Under the pieces are notes generated by a model. The model was not told the origin of the DNA, did no database searches, and saw only the letters and a list, made by a program, of their open reading frames with translations. Below are positions 37,182 through 46,745 of a DNA stretch of 64,000 nucleotides, piece by piece. Location of the stretch: IMG/VR virus record IMGVR_UViG_2684623127_000005. One strand, written 5' to 3'. The position numbers and the translations under genes are program-made. Each line of letters opens with the position of its first letter. The first letter of the stretch is position 1. This DNA is from a virus (Duplodnaviria > Heunggongvirae > Uroviricota > Caudoviricetes).

Positions 37182-39128
37182 ATGACATTTAAACATTACG
37201 ATGTGGTCAGGGCGGCATCGCCGTCAGACCTTGCTGATGCACTTGCGCAAAAAATTCGTGAAGGATGGCAACCATACGGTGGGCCGTTTTCTTCGTATAC
37301 GGATGATGGCGCAGCACTTATTCAGGCGATTGTCGCAGAAGGTGATGTGAGCACACCTGTTGTGGTGAAGCCGACAGGTGGAGAAGGTGCAGTAATCAGT
37401 GCCACCAGCGACCCGGAGTATTACTTTGTTGTGGTTCTGGCAGGGCAGTCAAACGGCATGTCGTATGGTGAAGGTCTTCCGCTGCCGGAGACATATGACC
37501 GTCCGGACCCGCGTATTAAGCAGCTGGCGCGCCGCAGTACGGTGACACCGGGCGGTGCAGCATGCAAATATAACGACATCATTCCGGCGGACCATTGTCT
37601 GCATGATGTGCAGGACATGAGCCGCCTTAACCATCCGAAAGCGGACCTGTCAAAGGGGCAGTACGGAACCGTGGGGCAGGGGCTGCATATCGCCAAAAAA
37701 CTGCTGCCGTTTATACCGGCGAATGCGGGCATTCTGCTGGTTCCGTGCTGTCGTGGTGGTTCAGCGTTCACCACCGGAGCTGATGGCACATACAGTGACG
37801 CGAGTGGTGCTTCGGAGAATTCAACCCGCTGGGGTGTGGACAAGCCGCTGTATAAGGACCTTATCGGTCGAACAAAAGCAGCACTGAAGAAGAATCCGAA
37901 AAATGTGCTGTTTGCCGTGGTGTGGATGCAGGGGGAATTTGATTTTGGCGGTACGCCGGCAAATCACGCAGCACAGTTTGGTGCGCTGGTTGATAAATTC
38001 CGTGCAGACCTGGCGGATATGGCAGGTCAGTGCGTCGGTGGCTCTGCTGGCGGTGTTCCCTGGATATGTGGAGATACGACGTATTTCTGGAAGCAGAAGA
38101 ACGAATCCACGTACCAGACGGTGTACGGCAGCTATAAAAACAAAACGGAAAAGAATATCCATTTCGTACCGTTCATGACCGATGAGAACGGGGTGAATGT
38201 GCCGACGAACAAACCGGAAGAAGACCCGGACATTCCGGGTATCGGATATTACGGTTCGAAATGGCGTGACAGCTCAGCCACCTGGACGTCACAGGACAGG
38301 GCGAGCCATTTCAGCGCCTGGGCACGCCGTGGGATTATTTCCGACCGTCTGGCAACGGCGATTTTGCGCCATGCGGGAAGAGTGGCGCTAAACGCGGGGG
38401 CATCATCGACAGTATCAGAGGTGCGCCCTTCATCGCCTTCCGGTGCAGAAGCCACAGGCGTCACAACACTGCTCTCTTACCTTGCCAGCGAGTCAGAGGG
38501 AAGCCTGAAAGTACAGGGATGGTCAGCCAGTGGCGGCAGGGCAGAAGTGGTCAGCGATGCGGAGGGAACCGGAGGTAAGGCAGTGAAGCTGACCAAGGAG
38601 GCCGGTAAAAGCAGCTGGGTGCTGGAGTACGCCGCGGGCAACGGTGCGGCTCTGTTACAGAAAGGGGGGCAGATTCGCTGCCGCTTTAAGGTTTCGGGAG
38701 CGCTGGCTGCGAACCAGTATGTTATGGCGTTTTACTGGCCGGTCTCTTCACTGCCACAGGGCGTTGCCCTGACCGGAGACGGGGGGAATAACCTGCTGGC
38801 AGCGTTCTACATCCAGACAGATGCAAAAGACCTGAATGTGATGTACCACAATGCGAAAGTGGCGACAAACAACCTGAAACTGGGAACCTTTGGCGCATTT
38901 GATAACGAATGGCATACGCTGGCTTTCCGCTTTGCCGGGAATAACAGCCTTCAGGTGACGCCGGTTATTGATGGTCAGGATGGCACACCGTTCACGCTGA
39001 CGCAGTCACCGGTCAGTGCATTTGCGGCGGATAAACTGCATGTGACAGACATTACCAGGAATGCGACTTACCCGGTACTGATAGACAGCATTGCGGTGGA
39101 AGTGAACAGCACAGACACTGCGGCATGA
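37182..39128 (+). CDS. nanS: prophage sialate 9-O-acetylesterase NanS-p (SGNH/DUF303 esterase with C-terminal lectin-like domain)
   Basis: 648 aa; resembles the esterase encoded downstream of stx in Stx phages; ..VVLAGQSNG.. catalytic Ser block; GGAGG SD. Confidence 0.7.
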   Translation: MTFKHYDVVRAASPSDLADALAQKIREGWQPYGGPFSSYTDDGAALIQAIVAEGDVSTPVVVKPTGGEGAVISATSDPEYYFVVVLAGQSNGMSYGEGLPLPETYDRPDPRIKQLARRSTVTPGGAACKYNDIIPADHCLHDVQDMSRLNHPKADLSKGQYGTVGQGLHIAKKLLPFIPANAGILLVPCCRGGSAFTTGADGTYSDASGASENSTRWGVDKPLYKDLIGRTKAALKKNPKNVLFAVVWMQGEFDFGGTPANHAAQFGALVDKFRADLADMAGQCVGGSAGGVPWICGDTTYFWKQKNESTYQTVYGSYKNKTEKNIHFVPFMTDENGVNVPTNKPEEDPDIPGIGYYGSKWRDSSATWTSQDRASHFSAWARRGIISDRLATAILRHAGRVALNAGASSTVSEVRPSSPSGAEATGVTTLLSYLASESEGSLKVQGWSASGGRAEVVSDAEGTGGKAVKLTKEAGKSSWVLEYAAGNGAALLQKGGQIRCRFKVSGALAANQYVMAFYWPVSSLPQGVALTGDGGNNLLAAFYIQTDAKDLNVMYHNAKVATNNLKLGTFGAFDNEWHTLAFRFAGNNSLQVTPVIDGQDGTPFTLTQSPVSAFAADKLHVTDITRNATYPVLIDSIAVEVNSTDTAA

Positions 39129-39264
39129 TAAAAAAAACCGCCAGCGACAGGAATGGACGCTGGCGGTGGTGATACCTATGGAGAAAAAATAAAGGAACGA
39201 TACTTTCGTACTCTGGTTTTTTAATGAAAACAGTTCTTATTGTCAACAATAACGGAAAGAAATT

Positions 39265-39444
39265 ATGACATTTCTGAACCAGTTAATGCTGTACTTCTGT
39301 ACGGTGGTCTGTGTGCTGTATCTCCTTTCGGGTGGATACCGGGCCATGCGTGACGTCTGGCGCAGACAGATTGACAAAAGGGCCGCTGAGAAAATCAGCG
39401 CCAGTCAGTCAGCCGGAAGCAAACCCGAAGAGCCGCTCATTTAG
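39265..39444 (+). CDS. small hydrophobic protein (59 aa)
   Basis: Hand-translated MTFLNQLMLYFCTVVCVLYLLSGGYRAMRDVWRRQIDKRAAEKISASQSAGSKPEEPLI; GGAAAGA SD. Confidence 0.3.
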   Translation: MTFLNQLMLYFCTVVCVLYLLSGGYRAMRDVWRRQIDKRAAEKISASQSAGSKPEEPLI

Positions 39445-39484
39445 CGGCAACTTTCTTAATCACATCTTTCGACGAGAAAATCCC

Positions 39485-39730
39485 ATGTCAGAAATTACAT
39501 CCCTGGTCACTGCTGAAGCAGTGAAGGAAGTCCTGCGCTCTGAAGAAGTCCGGAGCGCACTGAAACAGAAACTTCGCCATAACCTGGAAGCGCGTCTTGA
39601 TGCAGAAGTGGATGCCATTCTGGATGAACTGCTGGGCGCACCGGCAGCTCCGGAGCCGGAAGGCATCGCGGGTGAGGGGAGTGCTTCAGATAGCGGTGAC
39701 CCCACACCGGACAGCGACATGATGATGTAA
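39485..39730 (+). CDS. hypothetical protein with acidic C-terminus
   Basis: ATG at 39485 within ORF-track entry 39311..39730. Confidence 0.35.
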   Translation: MSEITSLVTAEAVKEVLRSEEVRSALKQKLRHNLEARLDAEVDAILDELLGAPAAPEPEGIAGEGSASDSGDPTPDSDMMM

Positions 39731-39807
39731 GCATGCGTCAGGGACCATCGGTGTGTGCCGGTGGTCTTTTTTATTGTTGTGAGCTTCCGGATTGCGGGAG
39801 GCGGGGT

Positions 39808-40023
39808 ATGAACCAGATGGAAAAAATCACAACAGGTGTGTCATACACCACGTCAGCGGTGGGAACGGGCTACTGGTTCCTGCAGTTGCTGGACAGGGTT
39901 TCCCCGTCTCAGTGGGCGGCAATAGGCGTGCTGGGGAGTCTGCTGTTTGGGCTGCTGACATATCTGACGAACCTGTATTTCAAGATTAAAGAAGACCGGC
40001 GTAAGGCGGCACGGGGAGAGTAA
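39808..40023 (+). CDS. S: class II holin (phage 21 S-type pinholin) with dual start motif
   Basis: [71 protein letters not shown] matches S21; Met at 39808 and 39817. Confidence 0.8.
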   Translation: MNQMEKITTGVSYTTSAVGTGYWFLQLLDRVSPSQWAAIGVLGSLLFGLLTYLTNLYFKIKEDRRKAARGE

Positions 40024-40027
40024 GCTG

Positions 40028-40561
40028 ATGAGCAGGAAACTCCGCTATGGTTTATCGGCTGCCGTTCTGGCGCTGATTGCCGCAGGTGCTTCTGCGCCTG
40101 AAATCCTCGACCAGTTTCTGGATGAAAAGGAAGGTAACCACACCACGGCATACCGTGATGGTGCGGGTATCTGGACCATCTGCCGTGGAGCCACCCGGGT
40201 GGATGGTAAGCCTGTGATTCCTGGCATGAAGCTGTCGAAGGAAAAATGCGACCGGGTTAACGCTATCGAACGGGATAAGGCGCTGGCATGGGTGGAGCGT
40301 AATATAAAAGTTCCACTGACCGAGCCACAAAAAGCAGGTATCGCGTCATTCTGTCCGTACAACATTGGTCCCGGTAAGTGTTTCCCGTCGACGTTTTACA
40401 GACGAATTAATGCAGGTGATCGAAAAGGTGCCTGCGAAGCGATTCGCTGGTGGATTAAGGACGGCGGCAGAGACTGCCGTATTCGTTCAAACAACTGTTA
40501 CGGTCAGATATCCCGTCGTGACCAGGAGAGCGCGCTGGCGTGCTGGGGAATCGACAGATAA
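40028..40561 (+). CDS. R: SAR endolysin (lysozyme with N-terminal signal-anchor-release domain)
   Basis: Hydrophobic Gly/Ala-rich N-terminus (LSAAVLALIAAGASA) followed by lysozyme catalytic region EGNHTTAYRDGAGIWTICRGAT. Confidence 0.85.
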   Translation: MSRKLRYGLSAAVLALIAAGASAPEILDQFLDEKEGNHTTAYRDGAGIWTICRGATRVDGKPVIPGMKLSKEKCDRVNAIERDKALAWVERNIKVPLTEPQKAGIASFCPYNIGPGKCFPSTFYRRINAGDRKGACEAIRWWIKDGGRDCRIRSNNCYGQISRRDQESALACWGIDR

Positions 40562-40832
40562 GAAGAATATTTTGCTGAAAAATGAGGTTTGCTTACATGG
40601 ACGGATAACACGAAATCCTGCGAACTGGCAAAATGTAAGTGAATAAAGTCAACAAGATTGTTTCATGAAGAGGCACCGTAATGGTGCCTTTGTCATTTCT
40701 GCGCTTCGCACAAGCGTAAATAAACCAAAGAACCTTTCAGGATGACCCTTGAGGATACCGGTTTGGCTGTCGGTGCCTTTCTGTGGGCTGGATTCCTGTG
40801 AGACAAGGTTCATCACTAAAAGGAAATAACCG

Positions 40833-41231
40833 ATGAATATGATGGCCGTGCCGTTTCACGGCAACTCTCTTTATGTAGTTAACCATAATGGCGAACCATA
40901 CGTTCCCATGAAACCTGTCGTTGCGGGGATGGGGCTGGCCTGGCAATCACAGTTGGCTAAGTTAAGACAGCGTTTTGCGTCAACTATAACGGAAATCGTT
41001 ATGGTTGCTGAGGATGGGAAACAACGCAATATGGTGTCCATGCCACTTCGAAAACTTGCCGGCTGGCTACAAACCATTAATCCCAACAAAGTAAAACCCG
41101 AAATCCGCGATAAGGTCATCCGGTATCAGGAAGAGTGCGACGATGTTCTTTACGAGTACTGGACGAAGGGTTTTGTCGTTAATCCCCGTAAAATGAGCGT
41201 GATGGAAGAACTCAACCAGGCTTGGTGCTGA
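40833..41231 (+). CDS. Bro-N/antirepressor-family protein, putative
   Basis: Resemblance to phage Ant/Bro-N N-terminal domains; location inside lysis cassette. Confidence 0.45.
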   Translation: MNMMAVPFHGNSLYVVNHNGEPYVPMKPVVAGMGLAWQSQLAKLRQRFASTITEIVMVAEDGKQRNMVSMPLRKLAGWLQTINPNKVKPEIRDKVIRYQEECDDVLYEYWTKGFVVNPRKMSVMEELNQAWC

Positions 41232-41556
41232 CATGAAACGGGATAAAAACATTGCCAGTGTGTTTGCTACCGGGCTGAATGAGTGGAAACAGGTTAAAGC
41301 CGCGCATGTATCAAAAATCCGTACGCTGGTAAATGAAGCGAATATGCTGATTGATTTTGTCCTGGCTGATACAGGCAAAGGGAAAATAACAAAGGCGGAT
41401 TGATGGGGTGGCTAATGATATCAGATAAACTCATAACGCTGGTGAAGAGCCTCTGTGTACTTGTCGGCATTTCATTTTTAGTCATGCTGGTTGCCATTTT
41501 CTTTTCCACCGCCTGGCGAGTCCTGACGTTATCGGGACTGGTGGGGTGAAAGAGAG

Positions 41557-42024
41557 ATGAACCGTGTTCTGTGTGTGGTGATTATTGTCCTGGCGGTTGG
41601 CTGTGGTGCGCTGTGGCTGGCAACAAACCATTACCGTGACAACGCGCTCACCTACAAAGCGCAGCGTGATAAAAAAGCCAGAGAGCTGGAACAGGCGAAT
41701 GCCACCATTACTGACATGCAGGTGCGCCAGCGTGATGTTGCTGCGCTCGATGCAAAATACTCGAGGGAGTTAGCCGATGCGAGAGCTGAAAATGAAACTC
41801 TGCGTGCTGATGTTGCCGCTGGTCGTAAGCGCCTGCGGATCAACGCCATCTGCTCCGGTACCGTGCGTGAAGCCACCGGCACCTCCGGCGTGGATAATGC
41901 AACCGGCCCCCGACTGGCAGACACCGCTGAACGGGATTATTTCATCCTCAGAGAACGGTTGATGACAATGCAGAAGCAGCTGGAAGGGGCACAGGACTAT
42001 ATCCGCACTCAGTGCCTGAACTAA
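41557..42024 (+). CDS. Rz: i-spanin Rz
   Basis: N-terminal TM segment, ..[36 protein letters not shown].. matches lambda Rz. Confidence 0.85.
   Translation: MNRVLCVVIIVLAVGCGALWLATNHYRDNALTYKAQRDKKARELEQANATITDMQVRQRDVAALDAKYSRELADARAENETLRADVAAGRKRLRINAICSGTVREATGTSGVDNATGPRLADTAERDYFILRERLMTMQKQLEGAQDYIRTQCLN
41792..41962 (+). CDS. Rz1: o-spanin Rz1 (lipoprotein embedded in +1 frame of Rz)
   Basis: [15 protein letters not shown] lipobox, Pro-rich remainder. Confidence 0.7.
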   Translation: MKLCVLMLPLVVSACGSTPSAPVPCVKPPAPPAWIMQPAPDWQTPLNGIISSSENG

Positions 42025-42221
42025 GTTTTGCTGATGCGCCGTATCGTCACCGTATTCCTGCATTAACAGAGACCGCAGCCCGACAGGGAGACTCCTCTGC
42101 GAGAGTGTGCGGGGATAATCAAAAACGATACACACCGGGGTTTACCGCGTTAACGGAGCGCGGTGTTGTCCCCTCATAGTCGCCAGTCCGGTGCGATGGT
42201 GGAAGAAACTGGATTTTGTTG

Positions 42222-42300
42222 CAAATGATAACCATTATCATTTTTGCGGGTCCTCCTGGTGGGGTGGGCCTGAACACGGGGCGGGCGGCGCGGAAAAAGG
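42222..42300. other. cos site region (cosQ/cosN), candidate
   Basis: AAATGATAACCATTATCATTTTTGCGGGTCCTCCTGGTGGGG...ACGGGGCGGGCGGCGCGG resembles lambda right-end/cosN (..ATCATTATCACTTTACGGGTCCTTTCCGGTGATCC..ACGGGGCGGCGACCT) directly upstream of terminase small subunit. Confidence 0.5.
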
Positions 42301-42437
42301 CGCATTTTTTGATTTTTATGGCACCATCACCGCCAGTGTAAGTTGTTGATATATAGAAAAATAAAAATTTTTAGTGTCGAATCTGGTTGTTTTTTGTTCA
42401 TCACTGGTGTGTGTTTACATAATTTTCAGGGGGAGTT

Positions 42438-42914
42438 ATGGATCGTGAATTAAAAAATCTGCATCTGAATATTTCCCAACTGGCCGCATTATCCGGTGCT
42501 CATCGACAGACTGTTGCGGCTCGGGTAAAAAACATAAGCCCAGCCGGTGGTCATGAGAGCAATCTCAAACTGTACCGACTGACAGATATCCTTGCCGAGC
42601 TGATGAAAGCTCCTCTGCCTGTAGATAACGAGGAAATGGATCCTCATGCGCGTAAAGCATGGTACCAGTCAGAACGTGACCGACTGAAATTTGAGCAGGA
42701 AACTGGTCAGCTTGTGCCAGTCAGTGATGTCAGGCGGTCCTTTTCTGTCGTGGTGAAAGCGATAGTTCAGGTACTGGAAACCTGGCCTGACCGGCTGGAG
42801 AGGGACAGGGGGTGGACCGCATCACAACTGAATGAAGTACAGATTGTGGTTGATGAGATCCGCGACACACTGGAAAAGGCAGTCATTGACTGTTGTGATG
42901 AGGCCGATATGTGA
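42438..42914 (+). CDS. terminase small subunit
   Basis: Position after cos, before large terminase; N-terminal HTH-like segment; AGGGGGAG SD. Confidence 0.7.
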   Translation: MDRELKNLHLNISQLAALSGAHRQTVAARVKNISPAGGHESNLKLYRLTDILAELMKAPLPVDNEEMDPHARKAWYQSERDRLKFEQETGQLVPVSDVRRSFSVVVKAIVQVLETWPDRLERDRGWTASQLNEVQIVVDEIRDTLEKAVIDCCDEADM

Positions 42915-45034
42915 ATCAGGTGAACGAGAGCCATAGCCGCGCATCCGATATCTGGCGCGAAGTGGCCTCGCTGTTTCGCCCACCTGGCCGGTTACCAGTA
43001 GCGGAAGCCATCAGGCGTTATATGCGGGTTCCACGGGGAGCCAATACTTCCGGTCCGTGGGAGTCATCGCTGACGCCCTATATGATTGACCCCATTAATA
43101 CATTATCAGCCCGTGAATATGACGCGGTGGTGTTTGTGGGACCTGCGCGAACCGGGAAAACCGAAGGGCTGATTGATGGCTGGATTGTGTACGGCATCAT
43201 CTGTGATCCGGCGGATATGCTGGTGGTGCAGATGACTGAGACGAAGGCGCGTGAGCATTCCAGAACGCGTCTTTCCAGGACGTTTCGCCACAGTCCGGAG
43301 GTCAGCAAGCGCCTCAGTCCTTCCCGTAATGACAACAACGTCCACGATAAAATGTTTCTTGACGGCTCCTTCCTGAAGATTGGCTGGCCGTCGATCACCG
43401 TCTTTTCCTCTTCGGATTACCGTCGTGTGGCGCTGACGGATTATGACCGTTTCCCTGAAAACGTGGACGGGGAAGGGGATGCCTTCACGCTGGCCTCAAA
43501 GCGTACCACCACCTTTATGTCCTCGGGGATGACCCTGGTCGAGAGTTCACCGGGGCGGGATATCACCGATACCAAATGGCGTTGTGGTGGCGCACATGAG
43601 GCACCGCCAACAACGGGTATCCTGTCACTGTATAACCGGGGAGACCGCCGCCGGTGGTACTGGCCGTGTCCGCACTGCGGGGAATATTTTCAGCCGGTGA
43701 TGGATAACATGACCGGATACCGGAATAACCCGGATTTTGTGGCTGCCGGTCAGGCTGCCCGTCTGATGTGTCCGCATTGTCGCGGGCTGATTGCCCCTGA
43801 GCAGAAACGCGAACTGAATAACCAGGGGATCTGGCTTCGTGAAGGTGAACGGGCGGCGGCGGACGGCAGTATCACCGGAACGCCACGAAACTCCCGGATT
43901 GCGTCATTTTGGATGGAGGGGCCAGCTGCGGCGTTTCAGACCTGGGAACAACTGATTTTTAAACTGCTGGCGGCAGAAGAAGAGTATGAGCGAACCGGCA
44001 GTGAAGAGACCCTGAAAGCGGTGGTGAACACCGATATCGGACGACCCTATCTGCCCCGTTCAGCCACGGAACAGCGTAAAAGTGAACTGCTTGAACAGCG
44101 TGCCGAGCCGTTTCCCCGGCGATCTGTGCCGGATGGTGTGCGTTTTATTGAGGCAACGGTTGACGTACAGGGCGGTAAAAATCGCCGTTTTGTTGTGCAG
44201 ATCACCGGATACGGAGAGCAGGGGGAACGCTGGATTGTTGATCGCTACAACATCCGGCATTCACTGCGCTGCAGTCCCAACGGTGAAAGTCTGCCGGTTG
44301 ATCCGGCGGCATATCCGGAGGACTGGGATTTGTTGCTGACGGATGTGTTCCATAAAACATGGCCGCTGGCTTCTGATCCGGATGTGCGCATGCGTCTGAT
44401 GGCCATGGCGGTGGATACGGGAGGGGAAGCCGGGGTGACAGATAACGCCTATCGTTTCTGGCGTCGTTGCCGGAGTGACGGACTGGGCAACAGGGTGTTT
44501 CTGTTCAAGGGGGATGGACTTCGCCGTGACAGGCTGATTAACCGAACCTTCCCGGATAATACCGGCAGAAGTGCCCGCCGTGCCAGAGCCAGTGGCGATG
44601 TCGCGCTGTGGCTGGTTCAGACGGATGCGTTTAAGGATCGTGTAAATAATGCCCTGTGGCGTGACACACCAGGGCCGAACTATATCCACTTTCCCGACTG
44701 GCTGGGGCGGTGGTTTTACGATGAGCTGACCTATGAAGAGCGCGGCAGTGACGGAAAATGGCGAAAACCGGGCAGGGGCGCTAACGAAGCGTTTGACCTG
44801 CTGGTTTATGCGGATGCGCTTGCCGTTCTGCATGGTTACGAAAAGATCCGCTGGCCCTCCGCACCGGACTGGGCACAGCGGGAAACGTGGCTCGTCTTCC
44901 CGCAGGAGCGTTCTGGTGAAACGGTATCCCCGGAACTGACGGCCGGGGCAGAAAAACGCCGTCGCCGGAAGAAAAAACTGCGGACGGAGCGTGCGGAAGA
45001 TAATCCATGGATAACATCAGGAGGCTGGTTGTGA
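42911..45034 (+). CDS. terminase large subunit (lambda gpA-like)
   Basis: 707 aa; Walker A-like VFVGPARTGKT; size and position. Confidence 0.85.
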   Translation: MNQVNESHSRASDIWREVASLFRPPGRLPVAEAIRRYMRVPRGANTSGPWESSLTPYMIDPINTLSAREYDAVVFVGPARTGKTEGLIDGWIVYGIICDPADMLVVQMTETKAREHSRTRLSRTFRHSPEVSKRLSPSRNDNNVHDKMFLDGSFLKIGWPSITVFSSSDYRRVALTDYDRFPENVDGEGDAFTLASKRTTTFMSSGMTLVESSPGRDITDTKWRCGGAHEAPPTTGILSLYNRGDRRRWYWPCPHCGEYFQPVMDNMTGYRNNPDFVAAGQAARLMCPHCRGLIAPEQKRELNNQGIWLREGERAAADGSITGTPRNSRIASFWMEGPAAAFQTWEQLIFKLLAAEEEYERTGSEETLKAVVNTDIGRPYLPRSATEQRKSELLEQRAEPFPRRSVPDGVRFIEATVDVQGGKNRRFVVQITGYGEQGERWIVDRYNIRHSLRCSPNGESLPVDPAAYPEDWDLLLTDVFHKTWPLASDPDVRMRLMAMAVDTGGEAGVTDNAYRFWRRCRSDGLGNRVFLFKGDGLRRDRLINRTFPDNTGRSARRARASGDVALWLVQTDAFKDRVNNALWRDTPGPNYIHFPDWLGRWFYDELTYEERGSDGKWRKPGRGANEAFDLLVYADALAVLHGYEKIRWPSAPDWAQRETWLVFPQERSGETVSPELTAGAEKRRRRKKKLRTERAEDNPWITSGGWL

Positions 45035-45243
45035 GCACAGAAGAAGCCAGAGAAATGATACAGCGGTACCGTGAAGCGGAAATGGCCGTACTGGAGGGAA
45101 AGTCTGTCACCTTCAACGGGCAGCAACTGACGCTGGAAAGCCTTTCTCAGATCCGCGCCGGACGTCAGGAGTGGGAACGCAGGCTTGCCGCGATGGTGAG
45201 CCGCAGGCGGGGAAAACCGGGATTTAAACTGGCGAGGTTTTAA
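45031..45243 (+). CDS. W: head-tail joining protein W
   Basis: GTG 45031 with AGGAGG SD; 70 aa; C-terminus ..RRRGKPGFKLARF resembles lambda gpW ..RRRGPAGFYV. Confidence 0.7.
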   Translation: MSTEEAREMIQRYREAEMAVLEGKSVTFNGQQLTLESLSQIRAGRQEWERRLAAMVSRRRGKPGFKLARF

Positions 45244-46745
45244 TGGCAATTATTGATGATGTGATCGGCGTGTTTTCCCCCGGGTGGAAAGCAGCCAGAC
45301 TGCGTTCAAGGGCGTTAATCATGGCCTATGAGGCGGTGAAACCGACCCGGACACATAAAGCCCGGCGGGAAAATCGCTCTGCTGATCAGCTCAGTAAATA
45401 CGGTGCGGTTTCCCTGCGGGAGCAGGCCCGTTTTCTGGATATCAATCATGACCTGGTGATTGGTGTGTTTGACAAGCTGGAAGAGCGGGTGATTGGTGCC
45501 AGGGGAATTATTGTGGAGCCTCAGCCATTACGAAAAAACGGGGAAATGGCGGCTGAGCTGGCTGCGGATATCCGCCGTTTGTGGGCTGAATGGTCCGTGA
45601 GTCCGGATGTGACAGGGCAGTATACCCGTCCTGTGCTTGAACGTTTACTGCTGCGGACCTGGCTGCGGGATGGTGAAGTGTTTGCGCAGATGGTCAGTGG
45701 TGCGGGAAACGGTCTGGAACGGACGGCGGGAGTGCCATTCTGGCTTGAGGCGATGGAGCCGGATTTTGTTCCCATGCGCACTGATGAATCCGCCGGACTG
45801 AATCAGGGGGTTTTTCTTGATGAGTGGGGAAGACCGAAAAAATATCTGGTTTATAAAAATTATCCGGTCAGCGGCCGGCAGAGTGATACGAAAGAAATCG
45901 CTGCCGGAAAAATGATCCACCTGAAGTTCACTCGTCGTCTGCATCAGACGCGAGGCTCATCCATGTTATCGGGGGTGCTGATGCGGATCAGTGCCCTTAA
46001 GGAGTATGAGGATGCGGAACTGACAGCGGCGCGTATTGCTGCGGCGCTGGGACTGTATATCCGTAAAGGTGACGGACAGGACTATGAAGATCCGGGGAGC
46101 AAAGAGACCGAGCGGGAAGTCCATATCACCCCGGGTATTATTTATGACGATTTGCGCAAGGGCGAGGATATCGGCATGGTCAAATCTGACCGTCCCAATC
46201 CCAACCTTGAAACTTTCCGCAACGGCCAGTTGCGTGCAGTGGCAGCAGGCAGTCGTCTGAGTTTTTCCAGTGCGGCGCGTAACTATAACGGCACCTACAG
46301 CGCCCAGCGGCAGGAGCTGGTCGAGTCCACGGATGGTTACCTGATCCTGCAGGACTGTTTTATTGGCGCGGTAACCCGCCCGGTGTACCGGACATGGCTG
46401 AATATGGTGGTTGCGGCAGGTCTGCTGAAAATTCCGGCGGATGTGGAGATGAAAACGCTATATAACGCGACGTATTCCGGTCCGGTGATGCCGTGGATCG
46501 ACCCGGTTAAGGAAGCTGAAGCCTGGAGAATTCAGATCCGGGGTGGTGCAGCGACAGAATCTGACTGGGTGCGTGCTGGTGGGCGCAATCCGGATGAGGT
46601 CAAACGTCGCCGCAAGGCTGAAATTGATGAAAACAGCAGACTGGGGCTGGTCTTTGATACTGACCCCGTCAACGACAAAGGAGGCAACAGTGCCGGAACT
46701 GAACAACAGCGTCAGCAGGCCACCGACAGCCAGCATGAAGAATAA
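45243..46745 (+). CDS. portal protein
   Basis: 500 aa, position after W, before protease/capsid. Confidence 0.85.
   Translation: MAIIDDVIGVFSPGWKAARLRSRALIMAYEAVKPTRTHKARRENRSADQLSKYGAVSLREQARFLDINHDLVIGVFDKLEERVIGARGIIVEPQPLRKNGEMAAELAADIRRLWAEWSVSPDVTGQYTRPVLERLLLRTWLRDGEVFAQMVSGAGNGLERTAGVPFWLEAMEPDFVPMRTDESAGLNQGVFLDEWGRPKKYLVYKNYPVSGRQSDTKEIAAGKMIHLKFTRRLHQTRGSSMLSGVLMRISALKEYEDAELTAARIAAALGLYIRKGDGQDYEDPGSKETEREVHITPGIIYDDLRKGEDIGMVKSDRPNPNLETFRNGQLRAVAAGSRLSFSSAARNYNGTYSAQRQELVESTDGYLILQDCFIGAVTRPVYRTWLNMVVAAGLLKIPADVEMKTLYNATYSGPVMPWIDPVKEAEAWRIQIRGGAATESDWVRAGGRNPDEVKRRRKAEIDENSRLGLVFDTDPVNDKGGNSAGTEQQRQQATDSQHEE

Noticed and set aside
36839-37183. 114-aa minus-strand ORF upstream of nanS-p
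   Set aside because: Spans the strong plus-strand terminator and promoter region, lacks a credible start context; likely non-coding.
39128-39170. Terminator after nanS-p
   Set aside because: Hairpin CCGCCAGCG...CGCTGGCGG is present but the T-run is on the wrong side for plus-strand termination (A-run precedes it); may act on the minus strand or not at all, so not called.
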